32,000 nucleotides of DNA from Pyrococcus kukulkanii (GTDB lineage Archaea; Methanobacteriota_B; Thermococci; Thermococcales; Thermococcaceae), in assembly GCF_041647995.1 (NCBI RefSeq), contig NZ_JARRIB010000002.1:280432-312431 (forward strand). Direction: 5' to 3'. The stretch's first letter is position 1. Each line of letters starts with the position of its first letter. A program made the position numbers and the translations under genes. This document shows positions 8,849 through 18,177 of the stretch, piece after piece. The notes beneath the pieces are model-generated. The model did no database searches, was not told the origin of the DNA, and worked only from the letters and a program-made list of their open reading frames with translations.

Positions 8849-10884
8849 CATTCCTCTTCCTCACTAAACATCCCTTTCTTTTGATCCTAGCAACATCTAT
8901 ATTGGGCTTTCTAGCCGGGCTCAGGTTATTCAAGGGGCTTGATCCTTGGGAAGTTCTGCTTTTGAGCCCTGGGATTGGCTTCGTTATAGTAATTCTGGTT
9001 GGGCTAGTTTTTGGCAGGATGAGAGTTCCTTTTTCCGCTATCTGGCCGACTATGGCTGTTCTTTCGATTGTCTTAAGTTTAAACGCGGATATAAGGCTTA
9101 AACTTGAGAAGTTTGACGGTGCAGTTCTTCTGGCATCGATCTTCCTCTCGTTCTTGGTTAGAGGCTTTTATTTCCTTCTTCCAGACTATAGAGCCGCTGA
9201 TACATGGTTTCATGGCTCGAAAGTCAAAATGATATTGCTTTTCAATACCCCCTATTTTTCTTCTTCACTTGTTCCTGAATACTTCAGCAAGACAATTTCG
9301 AATTATCCCCCGGGCTATCATGTTCTCGTTGCTTTCTATACTGGTGGGGTTAGTAGGGAGATTATATATGCTATGAATGCCTTGAGGCTTTTTGAAATAG
9401 CGTACCTTCCGGTTGCTACCTATTTGGTTGGTAAGAAGATAAAGCGAGAGATTGGGTTAATAGCAGCTCCCCTTGTTGCCGTTTCTGCCCTCTATTTCTA
9501 CTTTGTCCAATATGCTTTGTTGCCAGCCTTTTTCAATTATCTTCTTTTTCTGTTTTCCGCGTTTGTCTTATTTGAAATCAGGGAGAATAAATTGAGCCCA
9601 GCAATACTTGGAATTTTTGGTGGGATCATGGGGGTTGTTCACCCTTATCAGTACATAATCTTTCAGATAATGACACTTCTTGTCTTGAAGGATCTTAAGA
9701 AGTTCTCATATCAATTGGCGACGAGCCTAGTACTAATGGTAATTTTTATGCCTCACCCTCAGAGATATGCCGAGGGAATGATTAAGGTCAACAGCTACTA
9801 TCCAAACAAGGATAACCCCGAGTTCCTTAAACACATACTGAAATATACCTTTGTGTCAAATGGTCAAGTCATCCTTGGTCTTGCATTTTTACTTGGTCTC
9901 CTTGTCTACAGACCAATCTCAGGAACTTTTGTTGCTATCCTACTTATAATCCTCAACAAAATATTCTTTAGGCTTCATGTTCCGATAGTATCTGCCATAT
10001 GGAACTCGGAGAGGGCATTTATGCTTGCCACACCTCTAGTACCGATAATAAGTGCCCAGGGGTTCTACCTGATAATAAGGCGATGGAAGTCCTTTGGGGT
10101 GTTTCTTTTAATCACAGGGGTTACACTCGCCTTTCCACATGTGAGAATGGAGCACCTCGCGAGTGAGTCCTCCTACTTGTTAGACGATGAAACCGTGAAT
10201 TTCATTCTGAAAGTTCACAAAATCGTTGGAGATCACGAAGTGTTGACGGCATGTGATTTCGACTCGGGAAGATGGATACCGATACTGACCAATACTCCCA
10301 TAAAGTGCTATGAGGGAGGAGTTGACAATGCAACCTACATATACGTTGATAGCAGAGGTGCGGGGGAGCTTAGGGCGTATCCACTAGATGTCACCCGGCT
10401 CTACTCTAAATATGGAATACTTGAATTTTACAATGGCCTCTGGTTGTTGTCCCGGGTAAATAAGACCTCTAGCAGGATCATGGAGAAGGTGTGCTCATAT
10501 TACCTAGCATTGGGGGAGATAAGTTGGCTGAACTCAACGAAGTATTTTGTCCATGGCTTTATAGTAAAGAACTATGCCACCCAAAAGCTAAGGCTTATGG
10601 GGTACCCTTACGCTGTCTCGGTATCAAGGAATTCAACGATACTGTTCTGTACAAGGGACTACATTAAAATGCTTGAGATGAAAGTTGCAATAGGAAAAGG
10701 GCGTGAGAAAGCCAATATCTACGTTGACGACAAGCTGGCTCTAACGACTAAACTCTCAGAAAGGCCCAAGATTCTGAGAATTCCAGTAGATCTTACTCCA
10801 GGTCTTCACTATATAAGGATATCATGCAATTGCTCATACCTAAATCCCCTAGGAGTTGAATACGTGAGGCTTGAAGGTGGTTGA
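8797..10884 (+). CDS. Large polytopic membrane protein with C-terminal extracytoplasmic domain (GT-C-like architecture, function unknown)
   Basis: About 450 aa with 10 or more hydrophobic helices, then about 230 aa of hydrophilic beta-rich sequence. The first ATG in frame is 74 codons in. Candidate starts GTG 8797 or GTG 8827 both overlap the MazG 3' end. Confidence 0.6.
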   Translation: MSILWEKALRVSGGFIIAFLFLTKHPFLLILATSILGFLAGLRLFKGLDPWEVLLLSPGIGFVIVILVGLVFGRMRVPFSAIWPTMAVLSIVLSLNADIRLKLEKFDGAVLLASIFLSFLVRGFYFLLPDYRAADTWFHGSKVKMILLFNTPYFSSSLVPEYFSKTISNYPPGYHVLVAFYTGGVSREIIYAMNALRLFEIAYLPVATYLVGKKIKREIGLIAAPLVAVSALYFYFVQYALLPAFFNYLLFLFSAFVLFEIRENKLSPAILGIFGGIMGVVHPYQYIIFQIMTLLVLKDLKKFSYQLATSLVLMVIFMPHPQRYAEGMIKVNSYYPNKDNPEFLKHILKYTFVSNGQVILGLAFLLGLLVYRPISGTFVAILLIILNKIFFRLHVPIVSAIWNSERAFMLATPLVPIISAQGFYLIIRRWKSFGVFLLITGVTLAFPHVRMEHLASESSYLLDDETVNFILKVHKIVGDHEVLTACDFDSGRWIPILTNTPIKCYEGGVDNATYIYVDSRGAGELRAYPLDVTRLYSKYGILEFYNGLWLLSRVNKTSSRIMEKVCSYYLALGEISWLNSTKYFVHGFIVKNYATQKLRLMGYPYAVSVSRNSTILFCTRDYIKMLEMKVAIGKGREKANIYVDDKLALTTKLSERPKILRIPVDLTPGLHYIRISCNCSYLNPLGVEYVRLEGG

Positions 10885-10885
10885 A

Positions 10886-12832
10886 GTGAGAAAGGAGATA
10901 ACCCTCATACTCGTGGTTGCAGTATATTTCCTCCTAAGGGTGCCACTCCTCTTTCACTTCTATGGATCTTTTGACTACGATGAGGGGACTTACCTAATGA
11001 TAGGAAAAGAATTTGCGGAGGGAACTATGCCGTATAGGGACATATTCACAGTTCATCCGCCCCTTTACTACATTCTCCTAGCTTTGTGGTTTAAGGTATT
11101 TCCTATAACGTACGTCTGGGGAAGAGTGCTATCATTGTTCCTTGGCCTTGTTTCGGTCATATTGGCCTATAAAATAGGTGAGGCCTTGGGAGGAAGGGGG
11201 ATTCTTGTGACATTAATTCCCGCTTTGGATCTTCAGACGATATTCCTTAACTCTTTGGCATTACATGAGACTCTCCTTGAGCTCTTTGTTTTCTTGAGTG
11301 TATATCTCTATGTTAAGGGAAAGCCAAAGCTCTCTGCTTTTGTTCTTGGAATAGGAACCTCAGTCAAGCACACGTTCTTGCCTTTTGCGGCTGCAATGCT
11401 GATGAGTATGATTGTGAATGTGAGGGTTAAAAGGAGCATCTTCAAGGCATTGGTAGAGGCGTATCTAGCGTACATTCTCATTATCACGCCAGTGGCAATC
11501 CTGTATCCCTATAGGCTAACTAAAGGCATATTCCCAGTACCTGGGTTCTCTTCAATTGAGATTATAGGAGCGAAGTACGGATTACTTACCTTCCTGCTTC
11601 TGTTGACGTATTTCACGCTTAAGGAGAAGGCCGTTGAATTCGACGCTTCCCGTGACTTATACAAGCCATTTTCTCTGCTCTCGTATGCTATAATTGGGAA
11701 GGCGATAGTTGAACTGCCATTTTTCATATTATGTGGCAATGAGTATGTGAGAGATGTCTACTTGGCAAATAAAGGAAGAGGAATACTTTTTATGGGCCTA
11801 CCCTCAGCGTTGGCTGATGTTATCTCGAATATAAGAGGATCAAATTTTGAAATGCTGTATCCCTACACTTTTCTGTTCTTTCTGCTACTCCTCTACGTAG
11901 CTGTGGGGGAGAAAATGGTGGGGGATTTAGCTAAGACACTGTTTTTTGGTACCCTATTTTATGTCTTAGCCCCAATGCCTGGGGCTCCTCGCTTTGTATA
12001 TCCTCTAATTCTCTTGGCAATGATGGCGCTTTCAACTTCGCTGAGAGACCCAAAAAAAGTTACTCCTTTCTTGGTAATATCTTTAATATTCTCAGCCACA
12101 CTGCCCCAGGGAAAGCTTCCAGTAGCATTCCTTAACCATGAAGAAATTCTTTGGGAGCTAGAGGTTGAGGGCAATGCTTATTCCTTCAATCCAATGATAA
12201 CCTTCATTTATGGCATTCGGGAGCCCCCTTACTATATTGACAACTTTGGCCTTCTATACTTAAGAAAGCTTGATCCCGGGGATTTCATGAAGATGCTTGG
12301 GAACGTGTCAACGATAATAGTTGACACATGGCTCTATTCGATGCTTAAAAAACCAGGGTTGGGAGAAAAGTACAGGGAAATCCTGGACATTCTCCACACT
12401 AATTACACTCTCACCTATGCCCATTCTTATTCAGACGGTGAAGTTGTTGAAGTTTATAAAAAGGGTAGCATTAAATCGTTGAATATAGGAACAGAGAGGG
12501 GCCGTTTAGTGCTGTTTTACAATGGGGATAAAATTGTAGAGTTAAGTTTTCATAAGAATCCGATTTCACTAAAGGTGGTGGCAAGTGGCAACGATTACGC
12601 AGTAGTTCAGGATAACACTTCAGTAGGAATTAGCTTAATGGATTCTAGCCTTGTCATTCATGCCCGGGAGGCTATATTGAAAGTTCCAGGGAACTTTACG
12701 ATCCTTAACAGTACCGTATTTTTTGGAAAATACAAGATATTCGTTGGGGGGGAAATAGATGCCAAAAATGGATATATTGAAGTCAAAGGGAGAGAGGGAA
12801 AGATAATAATAAAGATCAGCACTATCCCTTAG
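10886..12832 (+). CDS. GT-C fold glycosyltransferase-like membrane protein (PMT/ArnT, family 39/83-like)
   Basis: The first-loop acidic motif FDYDEGTYLMIGKEF...PYRDIFTVHPPLYY is typical of ArnT/PMT-type GT-C enzymes. There are 10 or more TM helices and a C-terminal soluble domain of about 230 aa. I prefer GTG 10886, preceded by an AGGTGG SD, over TTG 10871. Confidence 0.68.
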   Translation: MRKEITLILVVAVYFLLRVPLLFHFYGSFDYDEGTYLMIGKEFAEGTMPYRDIFTVHPPLYYILLALWFKVFPITYVWGRVLSLFLGLVSVILAYKIGEALGGRGILVTLIPALDLQTIFLNSLALHETLLELFVFLSVYLYVKGKPKLSAFVLGIGTSVKHTFLPFAAAMLMSMIVNVRVKRSIFKALVEAYLAYILIITPVAILYPYRLTKGIFPVPGFSSIEIIGAKYGLLTFLLLLTYFTLKEKAVEFDASRDLYKPFSLLSYAIIGKAIVELPFFILCGNEYVRDVYLANKGRGILFMGLPSALADVISNIRGSNFEMLYPYTFLFFLLLLYVAVGEKMVGDLAKTLFFGTLFYVLAPMPGAPRFVYPLILLAMMALSTSLRDPKKVTPFLVISLIFSATLPQGKLPVAFLNHEEILWELEVEGNAYSFNPMITFIYGIREPPYYIDNFGLLYLRKLDPGDFMKMLGNVSTIIVDTWLYSMLKKPGLGEKYREILDILHTNYTLTYAHSYSDGEVVEVYKKGSIKSLNIGTERGRLVLFYNGDKIVELSFHKNPISLKVVASGNDYAVVQDNTSVGISLMDSSLVIHAREAILKVPGNFTILNSTVFFGKYKIFVGGEIDAKNGYIEVKGREGKIIIKISTIP

Positions 12833-13016
12833 TTTCCTCGCTTGTGATATTTAATATGCCCTCCTTTACATTGGACATAACATTTCCTGCTGTTCTGTTA
12901 GCTATAGAAGCCTCACTATGGGTATAAGTTGCTACATAGCCAACGACTATAAATATTATTACTATTGTAATTCCCAATAGTATTAGATATTCAATAGAAC
13001 CCTGTGACCTCCTCAC
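12822..13016 (-). CDS. Class III signal peptide (type IV pilin-like) mini-pilin, 64 aa
   Basis: MRRSQGSIEYLILLGITIVIIFIVVGY has a basic leader, a QGSIEY prepilin-peptidase-type motif and a hydrophobic helix. The short tail carries two sequons (NRT, NIT). GTG 13016 gives an N-terminus parallel to the paralog. A minus-strand TATA-like TTTATAAT (plus coordinates about 13041-13048) lies about 25-30 nt upstream, which suggests a leaderless mRNA. Confidence 0.75.
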   Translation of the reverse strand: MRRSQGSIEYLILLGITIVIIFIVVGYVATYTHSEASIANRTAGNVMSNVKEGILNITSEETKG

Positions 13017-13077
13017 TAGATTCACCTTTAAAAGTTTTATTATAAATTTAAAAAGGGTTTAATAAGGAGAAATGTCT

Positions 13078-13272
13078 TCACTCTTTGGTTGCGTTACTAA
13101 TTGCCTTGCTTATAGCACTCTGAATAAGCTGTCCTGCCTGGCTTACTGTATTGTTTGCCTGCGCTCCAGCAGTTTCACCAGTACTCCTTAGGTACTTAAT
13201 CACTACTGCAACTATAATCAACGCAGCTGCAATCATGAAGAGGTATTCTATTGCACCTTGGGCCCTCCTCAT
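13078..13272 (-). CDS. Class III signal peptide (type IV pilin-like) mini-pilin, 64 aa, paralog
   Basis: MRRAQGAIEYLFMIAAALIIVAVVIKY. The tail carries two sequons (NNT, NAT). ATG 13272 is preceded by a GGGGGTGG SD. Confidence 0.75.
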   Translation of the reverse strand: MRRAQGAIEYLFMIAAALIIVAVVIKYLRSTGETAGAQANNTVSQAGQLIQSAISKAISNATKE

Positions 13273-13382
13273 GCCTTCCACCCCCTAAATATCCTTTCTA
13301 TTAACTATTTTCATCGAAGCCTATATATACATTAACCCTCAATTCTGCTTATGATATAAACCATTTTTGTGGGTGTTGAAAT

Positions 13383-13931
13383 ATGCTCGTTATACTACAC
13401 TCAGAGGGCGCAAATGTTAGAGAATCAATAAAAAACTTAAATAATTTGGCTCAAAGAAAGTTCCCACCACGTGGAAAAGTCACAACTTCAAAAATAAAGA
13501 TATCAATGGGTGCTTTTCTTTCAATATCGATAATGGCGGTTTTTGACTTGGGGGAGCCCTATAAGCCTGGAATAATAGTGGACTACGCGGTCTCTGGGAA
13601 TAAAGAGAAGGCTATAGAGGAACTTCAGGAAAAGCTAAACTCCAAGATAACCCCTGACATGGAAATTAAGGATTTCTCCTTAGAGACGTACACAACTCCA
13701 GTGACCAGAAGAACCTACGCCGTTGCAATCGTCCTTTATAACAGGCCGGTTAAGAGTAATTTCGAAGAGTTAAAATTGCAGAATAGGAGGAAAATCCTTG
13801 CGAAGTTACTTGAGCTGGTGAATTTTAACCCAAAGGCATTAAATATCTCAGAGCTTGCTAGGATGTTTGGTGTTTCTAGGGATACAATTTACAACGACAT
13901 CCAGCAGATACTAAAAGGGCAGAAAAGCTGA
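13383..13931 (+). CDS. Uncharacterised protein with C-terminal helix-turn-helix
   Basis: C-terminal HTH LNISELARMFGVSRDTIYNDIQQIL. The N-terminal domain of about 120 aa is not recognised. Transcribed divergently from the pilin genes. Confidence 0.6.
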   Translation: MLVILHSEGANVRESIKNLNNLAQRKFPPRGKVTTSKIKISMGAFLSISIMAVFDLGEPYKPGIIVDYAVSGNKEKAIEELQEKLNSKITPDMEIKDFSLETYTTPVTRRTYAVAIVLYNRPVKSNFEELKLQNRRKILAKLLELVNFNPKALNISELARMFGVSRDTIYNDIQQILKGQKS

Positions 13932-13972
13932 AGTTTTTAAGCCCCCATCACATTCTTTTACTGGGATGGAAG

Positions 13973-16423
13973 ATGACGCTCAAGGTAAGATTTCCAAAAG
14001 ATATTCGCGAGTACGCGAGAAATGAGAAGGTTAAAGAATCATTCATCAAGCTCACTGAAACGGCTTTAGCACAGGCCATTGAGAATTTTCATAGGAGGAT
14101 GATAGTTCTCCAAGGTGAAACTTTAGAGAAGGCTAAACTTGCTGGAATTCTTGCCGGAGGCGTCGCTCGAGTTCTCTCCGAGTACATTCCAGAATTCCTC
14201 GAAAGGAAGCTTAGGGATACCGACAGGGTAGAGGTTCTGTACGCTACAGATGCCCTAGGCGAGGAAACGTACGGGAGAAAAAGATTTGAAGAATTTAGGA
14301 AGCATTTCTCTGTTCTTGCCCCGAATGCGGAATTAACATCGGTGACCTTTAAGTACAGTAGGGATATCCTGGGGAGGACTTTTGATGTCCTGATAATTGA
14401 CCTTAGCTATGACTACTCGCCGAACGACCTGGGGAGAATCATCGAAACGGTTAGGGGTGGCGGGATAATCTTCGTTCTCACGAACCCATTTGAGAAGTGG
14501 AAGGACATGTGGACTGGATTTCACAAGAGTTTGGTTACCCCCCCGTACACGATAGAGGACGTGAAGAAGAGGTTTAACAGGAGGCTAATCAGAAAGTTCG
14601 CGGAACACAGGGGAATATACATAATAAACGCCGACAAGAAAAAGGTTGAAAGGAAGCCCAGGAAGTACAAGAGCCAAGCAAAGCTCCCGGAGAGGGAGAA
14701 AATTGAGATCCCAAAGGATACGAGGTTCCCCAGGGAGCTGTACGAGCTGTGCCTAACCAGAGGCCAAGTCGAAGTCCTGAAGGCCCTCGAGAGTCTAATA
14801 GAAGACGAGGGAATGATAGTCCTAACTGCTGATAGGGGAAGAGGTAAGAGTGTCTCCGTTGGAATAGCTGCCGTTGGGCTCGCCGTTACAAGCAAGAAGA
14901 AGAGGTTTAGGATAGTTGTTACAGCCCCAGAAATAGAGAACGTTCAGAGCCTGTTCAGGTTCGCGAAGAAGAGCTTGGAAGTGTTGGGTTACAAGACTAA
15001 GACCGTGAAAGAGAACGGCCTGATAAAAGAGCTGTACGCTAGGGGAATAGCCTTGAGGTACTATCCCCCAACGAAAGGATTCAAGCAGAAGGCCGACCTT
15101 TACATAGTTGATGAAGCAGCGGGAATTCACGTTCCAATTCTGCACAGGTACCTCGAAAAGGATAGAGTAGTGTTCTCCTCAACTATACATGGTTATGAGG
15201 GAGCTGGAAGAGGATTCTCAGTTAAGTTCCTCAAGAAGGCCAAGGAGAAGAGGGAGTACAAGGAAGTTCACCTCTCAGTTCCAATAAGGTATGGGGAGGG
15301 AGATCCAATAGAGAAGTGGCTGTTTGACGTTTTATTACTTGACGCTGAGCCCGTTGAGCTAACCGAGGAGGATTATGAGCTAATAAGGAAGATGGAAGTT
15401 TACTTGGAGGAGCCTGATCTAGATGACTGGTTCGAGAACGACAGAGAAGATCTGAGGCACTTCGTTGGGATCTATGTTTTAGCCCACTACAGGAACAGGC
15501 CAAGTGATGTAGCTTTGTTGGCCGATGCTCCTCATCATGAAGCAAGGGTTCTAAGGTTGAAAAATGGGAAAATCGTTACTGCAATCCAGATAGCCAAGGA
15601 GGGAGGAATTCCAAAGGCGGTAATAGATAAGATGGCTAAAGGCTACAAGCCTCCCGGCAATATAATCCCAGATATGATGGTTAAGCACCACTATGCAAAG
15701 GAGTTTGCAAAGCTTAGGGGCTACAGGGTTGTAAGGATAGCAACGCACCCAGATGCAATGGATCTAGGCTTAGGGAGCAAGGCCCTTGAGTTACTCGTTA
15801 AGGAAGCTGAGGAGAAAGGCCTTGACTGGGTTGGCTCAGGCTTCGGTGCGAGTCCCGAGCTAATAAGATTCTGGGTGAGGAATGGTTTCGCTGTAGTTCA
15901 CCTAAGCCCAACAAGAAACCCCGTGAGCGGTGAGTATACTGCAATAGTCATAAAGCCGATAAGCGAGAGGGCCAAGGAGATCGTTAAGAAGGCCAATGAC
16001 GAGTTCAGGCTAAGGCTCACGGAATGGTTAGGCGATACCCACAGAGATCTTGAGCCTGAGATAGCGAGGTGGCTCTTTGAAACGCCCTTCGGCGAGGCCG
16101 TCAGCTACCCAATATACCTCACTAAGACCCAGAAGAGAAGGCTTGAGATGTTCATAAAGAGGGTTTTAACGTACGATACTGTGGTGGATGCAGTTAAACC
16201 TCTCGTTAAGATGTACTTCCTCGACGGCTGGATGAGGCCATACCTCGATGAGAGGCAAATAGTTCTCTTAATTCACAGGGTTCTCCAAGCTCATGATTGG
16301 AAGGAAACTGCTAAGTTGATAAACAGGACCGAACTTTATACAATGATAGAGCTTAGGGACATAGTTAGGGGGTTGTGGTACTACTATAAACATATAATCA
16401 AGGAAGAAAACGATATAAGCTGA
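13973..16423 (+). CDS. tmcA: tRNA/RNA cytidine N4-acetyltransferase (TmcA / Nat10 homolog)
   Basis: 816 aa. Helicase-type P-loop LTADRGRGKSVSVG, DEAAGI Walker B, a GNAT acetyl-CoA loop (RVVRIATHPDAMDLGLGSKALELL) and a C-terminal tRNA-binding tail. Confidence 0.92.
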   Translation: MTLKVRFPKDIREYARNEKVKESFIKLTETALAQAIENFHRRMIVLQGETLEKAKLAGILAGGVARVLSEYIPEFLERKLRDTDRVEVLYATDALGEETYGRKRFEEFRKHFSVLAPNAELTSVTFKYSRDILGRTFDVLIIDLSYDYSPNDLGRIIETVRGGGIIFVLTNPFEKWKDMWTGFHKSLVTPPYTIEDVKKRFNRRLIRKFAEHRGIYIINADKKKVERKPRKYKSQAKLPEREKIEIPKDTRFPRELYELCLTRGQVEVLKALESLIEDEGMIVLTADRGRGKSVSVGIAAVGLAVTSKKKRFRIVVTAPEIENVQSLFRFAKKSLEVLGYKTKTVKENGLIKELYARGIALRYYPPTKGFKQKADLYIVDEAAGIHVPILHRYLEKDRVVFSSTIHGYEGAGRGFSVKFLKKAKEKREYKEVHLSVPIRYGEGDPIEKWLFDVLLLDAEPVELTEEDYELIRKMEVYLEEPDLDDWFENDREDLRHFVGIYVLAHYRNRPSDVALLADAPHHEARVLRLKNGKIVTAIQIAKEGGIPKAVIDKMAKGYKPPGNIIPDMMVKHHYAKEFAKLRGYRVVRIATHPDAMDLGLGSKALELLVKEAEEKGLDWVGSGFGASPELIRFWVRNGFAVVHLSPTRNPVSGEYTAIVIKPISERAKEIVKKANDEFRLRLTEWLGDTHRDLEPEIARWLFETPFGEAVSYPIYLTKTQKRRLEMFIKRVLTYDTVVDAVKPLVKMYFLDGWMRPYLDERQIVLLIHRVLQAHDWKETAKLINRTELYTMIELRDIVRGLWYYYKHIIKEENDIS

Positions 16424-16442
16424 TGGAATATTTATCCAAATC

Positions 16443-17438
16443 GTGAAGAAAGTAAACCTCTCACTCCTCCTACTCTCGATAGTCTCCATAATAGTTGCCT
16501 TATCGCTCGGCTCAGTTAAGATTCCGCTTAGGGAAGTTTTTTCATCTTTAAATCCCTCAACGATTTCCCTTTACAGGAGGGGAAACCTTTCAGGCCCAGA
16601 ATTTATAGTCCTTGGAATTAGGTTGCCGAGAGTTTTGCTGGCGTACCTCGTTGGATTCTCGCTTGCCCTATCCGGAACAGCGACTCAAGCCCTCTTCAAG
16701 AACCCCCTCGCGGATCCCTATATCTTAGGGATAAGTGGGGGAGCATCGATAGGGGCGGCGTTGGCTTTAGTTTACGCTCCAAGGTACACTGAGGTTGCGG
16801 CATTCCTAGGTGCGATCCTTGCCGTTTACACAGTGTACTCAATATCGAAGGTCAATGGACATATTCCGGTCGATATCCTTCTACTGGCGGGGATAGCGGT
16901 GGGGTTCTTCTCCAATGCGGTAACCTCCTACATCCTCTATATGAACAAGGATAAGGTGCACCAGGGCTTACTGTGGCTCTTCGGGACTTTTGCGCTTGCA
17001 ACGTGGAAGAAAGTTGGGGTAATGTCAGGAGTCACAATGATAGGAGCTATCTTCCTGTTCTTAAGCTGGAGGGAGCTAAATCTCCTTCTCTTAGGGGAGG
17101 AAAGCATAGCCTTGGGCTTGGATATTAATCTATACAGAAAGATGATAATATTTGCAGTTTCGATAATGACGGGAGTTGCCGTTGCTGAGAGCGGAATAAT
17201 TGGATTCGTGGGGCTCGTAAGCCCGCACGTAATGAGACTCATAGTTGGGCCGAATCATAAGAGATTGCTTCCTACGGCCGCCATGTTTGGGGGCATTCTA
17301 ATGGTTCTCTCTGACTTGATATCCAGAACTGTAGCAGCTCCTGTTGAAATTCCAATAGGGATAGTTACCGCTCTTTTCGGAGCCCCGTTCTTTGCCTACC
17401 TCCTGATGAGGAAGAAAAGGGGTGAGTTGTATGCCTGA
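16443..17438 (+). CDS. ABC transporter permease, FecCD/BtuC family (iron-siderophore/cobalamin type)
   Basis: GTG start. About 9-10 TM helices. FecCD-like blocks (LAGIAVGFFSNAVTSYI, GIIGFVGLVSPHVMRLIVG, PIGIVTALFGAPFFAYLL). Confidence 0.9.
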   Translation: MKKVNLSLLLLSIVSIIVALSLGSVKIPLREVFSSLNPSTISLYRRGNLSGPEFIVLGIRLPRVLLAYLVGFSLALSGTATQALFKNPLADPYILGISGGASIGAALALVYAPRYTEVAAFLGAILAVYTVYSISKVNGHIPVDILLLAGIAVGFFSNAVTSYILYMNKDKVHQGLLWLFGTFALATWKKVGVMSGVTMIGAIFLFLSWRELNLLLLGEESIALGLDINLYRKMIIFAVSIMTGVAVAESGIIGFVGLVSPHVMRLIVGPNHKRLLPTAAMFGGILMVLSDLISRTVAAPVEIPIGIVTALFGAPFFAYLLMRKKRGELYA

Positions 17439-18147
17439 CCTTCATGTTCACATATCATTTTCATATGGGAGAAGGAAGATCTTAGATGATGTTAAATTCA
17501 ATGCGAAAAAAGGTGAGTTGCTGGCGATAATAGGCCCTAACGGATCGGGGAAGTCCACCCTACTTAAGTGCATAGCTGGGATACTGAAGCCGGAGGGTGA
17601 GATAAAGTACGGAAACATAGACCTAATTAGCTTGAGGCCAAAGGAAAGAGCTAAGATAGTTTCCTACGTTCCTCAGAGCTCTTTTCCCGAATTTGCCTTT
17701 ACCGTTGGAGAGTTTGTTGAGCTTGGAACCTATGCGAGTGGGGGAGACGTCGAAGAGGCTTTGAGAAGTGTTGGACTTTTGGAAAAGAAAAATGAATTGA
17801 TAACTAACCTTAGCGGTGGCGAGTACCAGTTGGCCTTAATAGCGAGGGCCTTAGCCCAGGGCAGTGATGTCATGTTGCTGGATGAGCCAACGAGCCACCT
17901 TGACATAAACCATGCAAAGGAGGTTATTGACCTTCTGCTCAAGCTTAAAGAGGGGAAGATTATAGTGGCCGTCCTCCATGATCTTAATATAGCCCTTAAC
18001 TATGCAGATAAGATACTCGTTCTCAAGTACGGCAGGGTTCTTTGGCAAGGTTCTTCCAGTGAGATCCCGGAAAAGGTGATATGGGAGAGCTACAATGTAA
18101 TGCCCAAAGTTATCAAGGCCAATGGGATAAAGGCAGTAATACCTTAA
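17431..18147 (+). CDS. ABC transporter ATP-binding protein (FepC/BtuD-like)
   Basis: Walker A GPNGSGKST, signature LSGGEYQ, Walker B VMLLDEPTSHLD. ATG 17431 is preceded by a GGGGTGA SD and overlaps the permease 3' end by 8 nt. Confidence 0.9.
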   Translation: MPDLHVHISFSYGRRKILDDVKFNAKKGELLAIIGPNGSGKSTLLKCIAGILKPEGEIKYGNIDLISLRPKERAKIVSYVPQSSFPEFAFTVGEFVELGTYASGGDVEEALRSVGLLEKKNELITNLSGGEYQLALIARALAQGSDVMLLDEPTSHLDINHAKEVIDLLLKLKEGKIIVAVLHDLNIALNYADKILVLKYGRVLWQGSSSEIPEKVIWESYNVMPKVIKANGIKAVIP

Positions 18148-18177
18148 TGTTATTAAGCCTCAAGACTACTTTAAACC

